Part shown: positions 32,741 through 43,032 of the stretch, one piece after another | How the letters are laid out: each line of letters opens with the position of its first letter | How positions within the stretch are numbered: position 1 is the first letter of the stretch | Source of the DNA: an uncultured Nitrososphaerales archaeon | Lineage (GTDB): Archaea; Thermoproteota; Nitrososphaeria; Nitrososphaerales; Nitrososphaeraceae | Length of the DNA stretch: 64,000 nt | Assembly (NCBI GenBank): GCA_963841565.1 | Contig: CAWJCY010000009.1 | Coordinates: 20,443 to 84,442 of the forward strand | Reading direction: 5' to 3' | Notes under the pieces: model-generated | Databases searched by the model: none | What the model saw: only the letters and a program-made list of their open reading frames with translations | Told to the model about the DNA's origin: nothing | Made by a program: the position numbers and the translations under genes

Positions 32741-33121
32741 GTGAGTTACTTATCCTCAAATATGATAACCGATTATGGACACATACACAATCAAATAATG
32801 AAGCTTGATCCCAGTATCCGATTAGTTACCATATGCACCAACGATGGACAGATAATGTATTCTGATCATCGTGAAGGTGTAAAGAACTTACTGACTCAGG
32901 ACGAAAGCAAGAGATCCCTAGAGTTAGCGGTAAATGCTTGGAAGGTACGTAGTGAACTGGGTCATAAAATCGGAAAAGGAAAGTACGTATTGGCAGAGTA
33001 CGAACGAATAAAACGGATTACAATGCCGTTGAATGATGACAAACATTTAGTGTACATTACAACTGAGATACCCTCTGAGCATGAAAAAATCATCGAAGGT
33101 GTCAGACAATTAAAATTGTAA
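32741..33121 (+). CDS. Roadblock/profilin-like thaumarchaeal protein (DUF6659-like)
   Basis: IMKLDPSIRLVTI...REGVKNLL...IGKGKYVLAEYERIKRITMPL. Confidence 0.75.
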   Translation: MSYLSSNMITDYGHIHNQIMKLDPSIRLVTICTNDGQIMYSDHREGVKNLLTQDESKRSLELAVNAWKVRSELGHKIGKGKYVLAEYERIKRITMPLNDDKHLVYITTEIPSEHEKIIEGVRQLKL

Positions 33122-33333
33122 AAGACTAACGTCTATTAAGTGGATCGGAGAAATTTCAATGTTTTGCATAATGTAGCACGAAAGATGATTATTATTAGAG
33201 TATTATAATGATCAAAATGCACTGTGCAGTTGAAATGATCAGACAATTTAAGATGCCTCTTTTAGCCCACAATAGATTTGTCTTAATATGCTAAATTTTT
33301 GTACTAGCCGGTGATTATAGAACCCAATTTATA

Positions 33334-33811
33334 CTATACTACTGAAACAAAATTAACCTTCAAACTTTTTATTCCACGATTTTCAGAAATATGCTTTGCT
33401 AAATCCCTTATTCTCTTGATACTTCCCTTAACCATGATCGTCTCAAGACAGTTATCATTTGCAAGATGAAGGTGAATTGACGCACTTATGATATCAGCAT
33501 ACTTGTGTTGAATGTGTACTGATTTCTTATCCTGATTGTATATGTGATTATTGTATAACATTACAATAGCCCCCGCACCGTCTGCCTTATCATCGCTTTT
33601 CCATGTGTATTCGTCCACCAAATAGTGCATGGCTCGCTTGCAATGCCTTTGATCTATCGGTATAACCTGTCTTAACCATACTCTCGTCAAATTTTGATAG
33701 TAGGTCTGACGGTAACGATATACTAACTCTACTTAATGATGCATTTTTCCTTCGGTAAGGATTGGTAGAAGAACGGTGTTCCGTATGATGACGAAGACTA
33801 CTAGGAGTCAA
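33334..33811 (-). pseudogene. nikR: NikR-family nickel-responsive RHH regulator, frameshifted near 33635
   Basis: RVSISLPSDLLSKFD...GYTDRSKALQA, then in the shifted frame YNNH..IQH..SIHLHL..NCLETIMVKG. Confidence 0.85.
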
Positions 33812-34573
33812 ATAATGATGAAATATGGATTATCTATCTTAATAATATTTCTTCAAAGACCTGCCCGTTATATCTTTGAGTGAGGTCTATTTTGAATAAT
33901 AAATCCACCAGAAATGAATCGCTTTGGTGAGCTTTGCTAGTCCTTAGCAGGCTCTCATAGAATTCATTGGACGGGTTAGAATTATTGAAAACTGCATTCG
34001 TTAATTCTCATTTGTTGGCCTGTTGATGTAGTACCCATATTTACTTTATTTTTCCAAAGTAGAGGATGAGAAGATTCATTTTTCATTTCTTTCTTTTTAT
34101 TGTAACAAGAATCATTCCTTACACTCTGTAAAATTGGTAATAGCAATATTGTATCGATCCAATTTCAATAAGTCTATCAGTCCTAAGGCAGGTTTTCAAA
34201 CTTCGACTAATTACTTCAATTTTTTACTAGTGCTGCATTCAAACTATAAGATTAGTGCATGACATTAAAATTCCAAATTAAAGAGGTGAACTATTTTGAG
34301 ATTGTACTATTATATAATGAGTCTATGCGATTCCTTGTCTAAACTGTTCATTTATGATAACTTTGCTCATGTCTTACTTCCATCCAAGAAAGACGGTCAT
34401 CAGTAGAAGTTATATAATTGGGTATTGTTCCTCAAATAGGAAAGTGAATGGTATGTTTGAGGCTTTATCACTCAGGGGAGGAACGTCTAATCACCTGATG
34501 GCCTTTCATGAATGGAGTACGTTCCTTTTGCTAGGATCAGGAGTTACTTTGCTCTGTTCTGCTTCGACAGATA

Positions 34574-34867
34574 TCAGTTATTGACGATATTGTCTAAATC
34601 ATAATATGCTGTCAAATATTGAATGCCTTTTTCAGTAACCATATATTTTTTTGTACCCACATCATGTTCTACCATCCGACCCTGAAGTAATTCTATCAAA
34701 TAGTGCCGGGCTTGGTCATATGAAAGATACACCTCATACATCACATTCAAAGTGGTAGCACCACCTCTTGCACCCAGCGTTCCATAGGCTCGAATTGCTT
34801 CTAGTATCAATGCCTTGTTTTCAATGTGTTTTCTCGCTATCTTCGGGCTCCGGTTAAGCAACACCAA
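34574..34867 (-). CDS. Winged helix-turn-helix protein (archaeal HTH_45-like)
   Basis: ILEAI...TTLNVMYEVYLSYDQARHYLIELL...YMVTEKGIQYL. Confidence 0.8.
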   Translation of the reverse strand: MVLLNRSPKIARKHIENKALILEAIRAYGTLGARGGATTLNVMYEVYLSYDQARHYLIELLQGRMVEHDVGTKKYMVTEKGIQYLTAYYDLDNIVNN

Positions 34868-35468
34868 ACAAATGGGACAATGGTATTTATGAGGACCTTC
34901 AGTTATTGTAGAAACTTAATTGAATCGCTATTTGTGATTAGTAAATGACCCAAATAAGGATCAGAGTATTTAGTTTAAACAATCTGCAGAGAATCAGTTA
35001 CGTGAGGTTAGACTAGGAGATTTTGTATAGCTTGATGCTAGTAAAAATGCTCATAAAACGAAAGTATAATTGCACACATTCACTGAGCTCTAAGCCAGTG
35101 GACCAGTGTCTACTTGTCACTCATGATATTGAAGAGACTCAAATACTCTTGCACCTAAATTACAAAAATTGCTTGGACCTGGTCATTCATTGATCCCGTG
35201 GAATTCGGTCCCATTTTGGAAATTCTTCTCAAATCTAGATCTGCAAAATATCTTTAAAAGCATTTGTTAAAGTCAATTTTGCCCAGGTGAAATATACACC
35301 TCAATCGCAGAATCGTATCCTTTTATGATAATTTGAGTAATGAATGAGAGTCACAGGTCCAGTCAGTTCAATTAAGTTGATTAATATTTTGTTGAATGAT
35401 CTATTACGCAAGGTAAAAAATCTTACACTAATTACTTTTAGAGAAATGTTCTATAATTCCAATAGCTT

Positions 35469-35780
35469 ATGCCAAAAAGTATTCAGATCAAGCGCTCCAG
35501 TGTAAATTCTGAAATAAGTGCGTGGCACATACTAACGCTTGATGATTTCGCCAGATATAACCAGAGTGTAAAAAACGCCAACCGAGAGCTTATTAAATCT
35601 GTCTACTCAGTCATCGAGAAGCAAAGCGGACAAGTTACCACTAGGCATATTGAAAAAGAAGTAGGGCTAGATATAGGAACTGTGCGTTATGCTATTAAAT
35701 ACCTTACAAAGGAAGGGAAGATCCAGCGAGTTAAGGGATTAGGAACTCATAAGGTAGAATTCTATTACAAAGTCTGCTAG
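35469..35780 (+). CDS. Winged helix-turn-helix protein
   Basis: VTTRHIEKEVGLDIGTVRYAIKYLTKEGKIQR. Confidence 0.75.
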   Translation: MPKSIQIKRSSVNSEISAWHILTLDDFARYNQSVKNANRELIKSVYSVIEKQSGQVTTRHIEKEVGLDIGTVRYAIKYLTKEGKIQRVKGLGTHKVEFYYKVC

Positions 35781-36067
35781 TCTGTAGGTCGCTAAGAATG
35801 CGGAAGCATATACATCTTCGGAACGACTAATTGATATCTTTGGGAGTTCGTAGGTTTTGCTCTGACATAGCGAGCTTTGGCAGTAGAGATGATGCCAATA
35901 AAAAGCGGAGCAGTGATTTCGCTCGCCTATCCCAGTACAAATCGTTCTACTAAAATTCTTGACATTAATAATTTAGCAATACTGCCCGGAAAATTCATTT
36001 TTCAAAACCTCAAACAGATTGCATATAGTGATATCCTGAGGCTAGTCCTAGCAGATTATCTTTGTTT

Positions 36068-36241
36068 TCAGCCTTTTAGATCAACCAGTATTAAACCATA
36101 CTGAATTGCTGCCCCTTCATCGTTCCATTGGTCACCTATTTGAATTGTAGAATGATCCGTAGAATATGATGCAATAATGATCATCAGGCAAAAAAGTATT
36201 CCAAGCGCTAACACTATCATTGCTTCCTTGTCTTGACTCAT
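36068..36241 (-). CDS. Putative single-TM microprotein (57 aa)
   Basis: MSQDKEAMIVLALGILFCLMIIIASYSTDHSTIQIGDQWNDEGAAIQYGLILVDLKG*. Confidence 0.45.
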   Translation of the reverse strand: MSQDKEAMIVLALGILFCLMIIIASYSTDHSTIQIGDQWNDEGAAIQYGLILVDLKG

Positions 36242-36381
36242 TCAAATCAATTTCCCTGTTTGTGAAGTGTAATATCTAGGAGGTTAATATAAAACGATCC
36301 TTCAATTATGCACAAATCATTTCCAATTTACCATTAAATGTATCTTAGAACGCTTTTATCTTAGAAAAGTAATTCTCTTGT

Positions 36382-36522
36382 ATGATCGAGGATTCAAAGA
36401 ATAATGAAACTGAAGATGATGAGGAAGGAGCGAGAGAAGAGATCAAGGAAGAGGTTCATGAACTACAAGACTCTGAAAGTGAGGAAATCGAAGAAGATGA
36501 CCTTGATCCAGAAGAAGAATAG
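36382..36522 (+). CDS. Hyper-acidic microprotein (46 aa, 25 D/E)
   Basis: MIEDSKNNETEDDEEGAREEIKEEVHELQDSESEEIEEDDLDPEEE*; TTTTTATC about 25 bp upstream. Confidence 0.7.
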   Translation: MIEDSKNNETEDDEEGAREEIKEEVHELQDSESEEIEEDDLDPEEE

Positions 36523-36785
36523 CGTTGTTATTCATTTAGAATGCAAGTATTTTGACTAAAGTAATTGATAGAATGATTGAAAGGTCAAATTCTTAGGCCG
36601 CCTGTCTAGGCTTCATCGTACCAAAGGTCCCCTTTTAACCCATATCGATTTTGAAAGATTTAGCAGCTATGGAGTAAGTTGTACATCTGCTGGTCAGCGG
36701 CGAGGACAGTCCAATAGCCTGACCTTTTCTTTGGATTTCCTTATAAGAGAAAAGGTAAAAGGTGGCCTGTCCTAGTGAAGTCCTA

Positions 36786-37397
36786 ATGTCAAAGAAGAAG
36801 GCTGGGAAGATTATAACGCTGGAAGGAATAGAAAATTCGGGCAAGACTACCCAGGCACAGATGCTAAGTCATTATTTGAGCAAAGAGAAGCATCTGAATA
36901 CGGCTCATTTTGATCTCCCCGACTATCAGACGGATCTAGGTAAGATAATAGACAAATACCTAAATTATGCAGAGATGCCCTCTAATCCGGAAGTATTGCA
37001 TCTTCTTTACGCTGCAAATAGATATGAAATTAGAGATGTGATCAATTTCCATCTCAATGATGGGTATGTAGTGATAATGAATCGTTACTACCAAAGTAGC
37101 ATAGTATACGGGTATGTTAACGGCTTAGAAACTGGATGGCTTTCTACGTTAGATGAAAATATGCCCCGTTCTGACTTGACATTGATCCTTGATGTGCCAG
37201 TACAAATCACCGAAAAACGAGGTACTCTCATGAAAAAGAATCGATTCGTATATGACAAGGAATTCATTGAAAGGGTGAGAGAAGCCTTTTTGACCTTGGC
37301 GGAAAAAGAGAAGTGGGAGGTTATTGATGGGGCTCAAAGTAGAGAAGATATCCACAAAGATATCATAAAGATTGTCGAGAGCCATTTTGGAAGTTAG
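36786..37397 (+). CDS. tmk: Thymidylate kinase family protein
   Basis: ITLEGIENSGKTTQ P-loop, LLYAANRYE, MNRYYQS, DLTLILDV. Confidence 0.85.
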   Translation: MSKKKAGKIITLEGIENSGKTTQAQMLSHYLSKEKHLNTAHFDLPDYQTDLGKIIDKYLNYAEMPSNPEVLHLLYAANRYEIRDVINFHLNDGYVVIMNRYYQSSIVYGYVNGLETGWLSTLDENMPRSDLTLILDVPVQITEKRGTLMKKNRFVYDKEFIERVREAFLTLAEKEKWEVIDGAQSREDIHKDIIKIVESHFGS

Positions 37398-37644
37398 TTA
37401 AAGGACGCCTTGACTTGGGCATCATTTATTCACGAAACATTGAACCGTATCGGATCAAGCCTACAGAGGGAAGGCGACTGAGATTTAGTACATTCCGCAT
37501 TAAATTGACTCGAAAATGAAAGACAAAATTCCTGCAATCATTCTGGATAATGTTGAGAGGTCATAATGCTGTCGCCCATTGTCTGCATAGACTCTTCTCC
37601 CGAAACCCAGAATTACATTCTCTCTGATTCATGAGTTTGGGTTT

Positions 37645-37685
37645 GAATTTGAATTAGAATTTGAATTAGAATTAGAATTGAATTA
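37645..37685. repeat. (GAATTW)n hexamer repeat, about 7 units, one shortened to 5 bp
   Basis: gaattt gaatta gaattt gaatta gaatta gaatt gaatta; reads as an Asn-Ser run on the minus strand. Confidence 0.7.
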
Positions 37686-37750
37686 AGGTCGAAATCCAAA
37701 GATTCTAGAACATCTTTTTCAGACAACAACATATTGTTGAATGGCTGACC

Positions 37751-38047
37751 TTACACTCTTAGATATTTTTCCACTTCGTCGCCGATAAGAGTAGGAGTAA
37801 CGGTATTGTAGTTGTTCGTATTCGCTCCGTCTTCGTTAGTGGATGTCGAACTCGTCTCCTGACTTATTTCCTCATTGTATTCCGAGCGTTCCCCCCCCTC
37901 GCTAATGAGTTCCTTTAGGAGTTGAACTTGACCTAGTATTTTTCCCTTTCCCAGATCTGAAAATCCATTGTTCTGTAAGAAGGACAGATATCTAATGAGA
38001 ACATTTAGCTCGTTTAATTTTGTTTTAGCTAGTTCTAACGTTATCAT
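37751..38047 (-). CDS. Hypothetical protein
   Basis: 98-aa ORF with a helical N-terminus. Confidence 0.6.
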   Translation of the reverse strand: MITLELAKTKLNELNVLIRYLSFLQNNGFSDLGKGKILGQVQLLKELISEGGERSEYNEEISQETSSTSTNEDGANTNNYNTVTPTLIGDEVEKYLRV

Positions 38048-38240
38048 GAGCGTTTGACGATAGTAGTGATAGTGCTTACTTTGCCTTAATTACATGAAGG
38101 TTGAATATGTTAGATAACATTCTGCAGAATAATTAAGCCACCACTAGTATATCGACCCAAAAACTTCTGGATTCAGTTGTAAAGATATTTGAACTGGCGC
38201 AAGTAAATACCTTCTGGGCATACAGATGAAATAATACACT

Positions 38241-38903
38241 TTGCAAAAGTCTATGATCATAAAATCCCTGAGAACCACATCGCATGCGATAACAACAACA
38301 ATAGCCTCATCCCACAAATCTTCTGTTGCTATCGCTATGACTATCGTTGCTCTGATGATAGTGGGTCCTACAGCTCCCAACATGATCCAGCAGAAGGTAG
38401 CTGGACAAGTAGATCCAACACAACCAGAACAAGAACGAGAATACGTGTCGTCTTCGCAACGGGAAGCTGCACGAGAAGCCGAAAGGGCTGCTGCCACTGC
38501 TTCAGAACCAGACCACAATAGTAATAGCGTATCACAGAGCTTAGATTACGCACACTTTGTTCCCTTGACGAACAGTCCAGGAAACCAGGTAAAGATGCTA
38601 TTGAAATACTCATCTCTAGATCCATCAATGACCAATGCTCCTATTAACGCAGTAATGGAAGTATATGCAGCCAATCAGACTCTATTAAAGACTACTTCAT
38701 TCCCTCAACCTCTCTTACTTAATCAATCAGGAGAAATACAACTTGCCACTACATTCGAGGATGTGTCACTGAACAACATAACAGCAAGGACGATGTTAAC
38801 AGATGGGGAGAAGGCGATCCCGATCTCGAACACCCTTGAAACCAGACTCGCTTTAGGACAGAACATTTCTGACATCGTAGAAAATATTACTGGCACAAAT
38901 TAA
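38241..38903 (+). CDS. Secreted/membrane-anchored hypothetical protein
   Basis: Hydrophobic N-terminal helix; beta-rich domain AHFVPL..NQVK..INAVMEVYAANQTLLKTTSF. Confidence 0.75.
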   Translation: MQKSMIIKSLRTTSHAITTTIASSHKSSVAIAMTIVALMIVGPTAPNMIQQKVAGQVDPTQPEQEREYVSSSQREAAREAERAAATASEPDHNSNSVSQSLDYAHFVPLTNSPGNQVKMLLKYSSLDPSMTNAPINAVMEVYAANQTLLKTTSFPQPLLLNQSGEIQLATTFEDVSLNNITARTMLTDGEKAIPISNTLETRLALGQNISDIVENITGTN

Positions 38904-39150
38904 CCATTCACTTTTATTTTGTTTTTATTTCATTATCTTAATTCTAGAGTCGTTGAAACCAAGAAATTCACTCGATTCATATTTTGAAGAGCAATTGAAC
39001 ATCTGATCAAGGATACTATTTGCTGCAGCCAGGTACTAACAAAAATACAGAATCAATAAACTACGAATTAATTATATTGAATGTTTCAATAAAAGTAATA
39101 AGTGAATAAGAATCTTACTCATTATATCCATAATTGACACAAAACTACTG

Positions 39151-39363
39151 TTGAGTGTCGATTATACCAAGAAAAAAACGAAGATAAATCCTCAGAATAA
39201 AAAATTCTTAGGATGCCCATTATGCCACTCATCAAAGTATGTGGTCTTTACATCTAGTATACCAAATACCAAGTATCAGGTTCACGAATTATACTGCCAT
39301 GGCTGTAACGTAATATTTTCCCCATCAAATGCAACTCTGCCAATAGAAATTATTGATTCTTAG
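39151..39363 (+). CDS. Small zinc-ribbon protein
   Basis: GCPLCHS...LYCHGCNVIF. Confidence 0.65.
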   Translation: MSVDYTKKKTKINPQNKKFLGCPLCHSSKYVVFTSSIPNTKYQVHELYCHGCNVIFSPSNATLPIEIIDS

Positions 39364-39570
39364 AATCCAATTTTCAATTTTACGCCCCGACATTCTTGGG
39401 AACTTCCGCAAGAGGTATGAAGAAGACGTTAGCGTCAAAGTCAGAGGGCATACAGGCTTGAACACAATTACTTTGGTTCATCATCACAAATCATATCTGG
39501 TTTAAAAAATGGTTTGCCTAATACCTCTTAGTTGACCGGACAATCTACCGATTCTATCCTAGCATCCCAA

Positions 39571-40093
39571 TTAAATTACGTCGGTATCTCTTATCTCGTT
39601 TCCTAAATCTGTGTGACTGCTGCCCACGCCCGTGAGTATTTGTCGTGTTCCATTGTCACGGGTCGATGAATTGTTCTGCGTTATTCTGTTAACCTCTTCT
39701 CCTGTACGAAACACAGATGCAATTGTTTTCTCCAAGGCTTCATCTGCCATCTCGACATGGAGATATGGCTTCAGAGGTGTTACCTGCAAATGCGAACTGA
39801 TATCCAAGTGATAGCTGAGATTGTATTTCATTAAAACCGAAGGTACTGGCTAACTGATTATTCAGCTTATCTCTTTGACTTGACAACTCGTTCTGAATAT
39901 CTTCACTTGCTTGAGTCACCATGGCAATGATTTCTCCAGGATCTTGAATAGTAGCATCATTTGTCGACGTTGACGCTACTGCAACTCCAGTCGTACCTAT
40001 TGATGTCAACAATAGTCCTGTTGCCTCCAGCAAGAAGAAAAATATCCAACTTGTTCCTTCTAATTTTCGTGAAGTTCTCGTACTCAGGATCAA
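39571..40093 (-). pseudogene. Secreted helical hypothetical protein, frameshifted
   Basis: Signal peptide in ORF 39740-40093; continues as HVEMADEALEKTIASVF in the overlapping ORF 39571-39831. Confidence 0.5.
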
Positions 40094-40194
40094 TTATGGT
40101 CCAATAATGTTTGAATTTGAAGTATAAACACTTGATAAAGAAAAACAAGAGTCAAAATAAAGTGGAATTTCGGATACAGGAATTTGCCAAATAT

Positions 40195-41667
40195 CTATGT
40201 GGAGCCTGAAAATTGCCCTCTAGATGAATGTCGTAACTCTAGGTCTTTGCCTAAAGTGTCCCTTAAAGCCAATTCCAAATAAGGAAAGCGAAACTGATAA
40301 CCCGATTCAATTAATCGCGAAGGCATAACGCGAGTGCTAGACAGCAACAACGCATCGGTAAGCTCTTGACCTACTATCACTCTTAAGAGAAATTTAGGAA
40401 CGGCAAGGAATGTTGCTCGTGACAAGATCTTTCCCAAGGAATCTGTAAATTCGGTGTTCGTGACAGGATTAGGAGAAACGGCGTTTACCGGTCCGCTAAA
40501 GGTCTCATCTGCAATCATTGATAATATAATGGTGATCAGATCCTCCAATGCAATCCAACTAACATACTGATTCCCTTTACCTATCCGCCCACCTAAACCT
40601 AACTTAAAAACAGGCAGTATCTTCGCAAGAAGGCCTCCTGATGAGGATAACACTATCCCAAGTCGTAGATTGACGACGCGAATTCCAGCCTCTTTCGCAA
40701 TATGAGTTGCGTATTCCCATTCTCTACACAAATCCGACAAGAAGTCAATAGATGGAACCTTGCTCGGAACAGATGATGCTCTAGTACCTGCTTGACTATC
40801 TTCTGATAATATCTCATCACCTCTATTCCCATAGAATGCGATAGCGGACACAGATACCAATACCGAAGGCGGTTTATCGAGAGAGGCTAGTCGCTCACAT
40901 AAAGCGGTGGTAGCATTTATTCTACTTTCTGATAACTTTTTTTTCTTTTCCTTTGTCCACTTTCCAAATATGTTTTCTCCGGCAAGGTTAACTACAGCAT
41001 CTACATGATTGTCGTTTAAAGGATCTAAATTGAAATGACTCGGAGTTTGACCTTGATTTGTACGCAAAGAGGGAGCAACAAGCCGATTCCTGGAAAGAGG
41101 AACTACTCTATGGCCACCGGTCGTGAGGAAAGGCATTAGTGCGCTTCCCACAAAACCACCCGAACCAGTAATTGCAATAGTTAGAGGTCTCTCACTTTTT
41201 CTTATTCTATTTATGACGGAATGCGTACGAAGGTCCTGACTAATAGTCCGATGACGATATTCAAAGATCTTCCTTAGGTTCTTATCCACAAATCGGTGGG
41301 CTGCTAATCTACCTATTCGACCCGCGGGAAGTGAATATTCTATGCGATCCTCTAATATACAAGATGTACCGAATCGCTCAAACAAGTGTAAATGAACAAA
41401 TGATGGAAAAAACCCTTTTATCTGGATATCTTTGAATTGTTTTTCCGGGATATATTCAGCGTGCCTAACTGCCCATTTCATAGAGAGAGGCCCAATTTTT
41501 GTTCGAAGCTTTACAACACCATTATTTTGAATGGTGCCGCTACGCCCGATTACCTTAAATTGTTCCCATGGCGGTTTTAGACGTTCGAATGCGCCTTCTT
41601 TTATGTGCCAGGCAAATATCTTCTCTAAAGGTTGATCAATTCTGCTTGAGTGTACAAAGGTTTCCAC
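40195..41667 (-). CDS. SRPBCC domain fused to TIGR01777 NAD-dependent epimerase (DUF1731)
   Basis: N-terminal FAWH...GAFERL.PPW...F.D.Q..G; then ITGSGGFVG, VVNLAGE, GPVNAVSP, TRVMP. Confidence 0.9.
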   Translation of the reverse strand: METFVHSSRIDQPLEKIFAWHIKEGAFERLKPPWEQFKVIGRSGTIQNNGVVKLRTKIGPLSMKWAVRHAEYIPEKQFKDIQIKGFFPSFVHLHLFERFGTSCILEDRIEYSLPAGRIGRLAAHRFVDKNLRKIFEYRHRTISQDLRTHSVINRIRKSERPLTIAITGSGGFVGSALMPFLTTGGHRVVPLSRNRLVAPSLRTNQGQTPSHFNLDPLNDNHVDAVVNLAGENIFGKWTKEKKKKLSESRINATTALCERLASLDKPPSVLVSVSAIAFYGNRGDEILSEDSQAGTRASSVPSKVPSIDFLSDLCREWEYATHIAKEAGIRVVNLRLGIVLSSSGGLLAKILPVFKLGLGGRIGKGNQYVSWIALEDLITIILSMIADETFSGPVNAVSPNPVTNTEFTDSLGKILSRATFLAVPKFLLRVIVGQELTDALLLSSTRVMPSRLIESGYQFRFPYLELALRDTLGKDLELRHSSRGQFSGST

Positions 41668-41940
41668 CCGATAGCTATATTCTTATCCTACATAAATTGA
41701 TAGGATTCATGACTTGTTGATCACTCGATGGGAACGATAGGTCAAAATTGTTTAATCTCATAAGAATTGAAAACCTCGGGTCTTAAGAGAGAACATAGCT
41801 ATGTGTGAGCGCATTGACAATGAACAGCATGAGGAATTGACTACTGTGAATTTCTTAACGGCTTCAACAAAATTTAACCTCTTAGTACTACTGCTAGAAC
41901 TGCCCAAATGAAATCTCCTCACGATGAATCGATTCACCAT

Positions 41941-42111
41941 TCAGGCATATCTGTTCATTCTTTTGTATTTTGTATACCATCTGTAAACAAAATAAGCAAT
42001 GGCAATAATTACCACTGCGATTATCAGAGGACTGAGAAGGTAAATGACAATGGCTGCGACTATGATGAGAACTGCTATTATTACTATATCTGATATCTTT
42101 AGGTTGCTCAT
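41941..42111 (-). CDS. Hydrophobic membrane microprotein (56 aa)
   Basis: MSNLKISDIVIIAVLIIVAAIVIYLLSPLIIAVVIIAIAYFVYRWYTKYKRMNRYA* with a basic tail. Confidence 0.7.
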   Translation of the reverse strand: MSNLKISDIVIIAVLIIVAAIVIYLLSPLIIAVVIIAIAYFVYRWYTKYKRMNRYA

Positions 42112-42381
42112 TCAGATCTATTTCACATCACCATCACTTAAGCTGTACGTGTACTATGTCTGGCACTGAAGTTAATTAATTGCAATAGATGTTATTTGAA
42201 GACCAGAATAGTGAGGTTCAGAACCCATCTTGGATAGCAAATGAGACAAGAATAACTATGGGTATTGAAAAAAATATGATCAAGATTGCAAATCCAATCT
42301 ACTCAATAGTTATGGCATTAAATCTCATTTTCTTTAAGACTTAATTATCACAGCTTAGTTTTGGTAGACAATTGAATCAAG

Positions 42382-42540
42382 TTGTCGACAAAAGGAATTA
42401 GTAACGAACCATCCAGTGTAATTAACAAAAAATGGAGCTGTATCATATGTGGAAAGAACATGGAGAGCGAGTACATTCTTAATTTTCATCTCTTGTTGGA
42501 ACACAGCGAATCAAGGCGATCTCCGGTAGGAGTGGCTTGA
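42382..42540 (+). CDS. Single C2H2 zinc-finger microprotein (52 aa, TTG start)
   Basis: MSTKGISNEPSSVINKKWSCIICGKNMESEYILNFHLLLEHSESRRSPVGVA*: C-x2-C-x12-H-x4-H. Confidence 0.75.
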   Translation: MSTKGISNEPSSVINKKWSCIICGKNMESEYILNFHLLLEHSESRRSPVGVA

Positions 42541-43032
42541 CTAAGGAAGCATATCGAACTAAAAAAAATTTATTTGCCGCATATTTAGAACCATAAAGTT
42601 GTCAACATTTATTATAATGAGGATGAGTTTGATGCTGCCACCAATAGTCATGACCCTAGTAATTCTGAACCCATTGTAGCATTCACGTGACAACGGCATC
42701 AACAACGCTCCTATCTTGGATCTGGATCAGACCATGACATTGTTATAGATGGACTAGAGGTTAAGATAGGTCATACAGAAACTGTTCATCCAAATGGTAC
42801 TGTTAGCGTTGAGAGCATGAGCGCAAGTGATATTGATGCAAGTACGGCCCATTCATAACGGGTGCCATTACTGATTTCAGACAATTTGATAGCAGTGGGC
42901 AATAATCCATTTGGACAAGACAGAAGAGCCTTGAGAATATAGTTATTTTGAAGATATTTCGAAATTACTAACCCAACACTTTAGCCTGACTCATTTCAAT
43001 CAGGCTATATATACTATATAGAATAACCTTTA

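Noticed and set aside
42610-42910. Protein-like plus-strand fragments (..DHDIVIDGLEVKIGHTETVHPNG..)
   Set aside because: Interrupted by stops and no family recognised; at most an unassignable remnant
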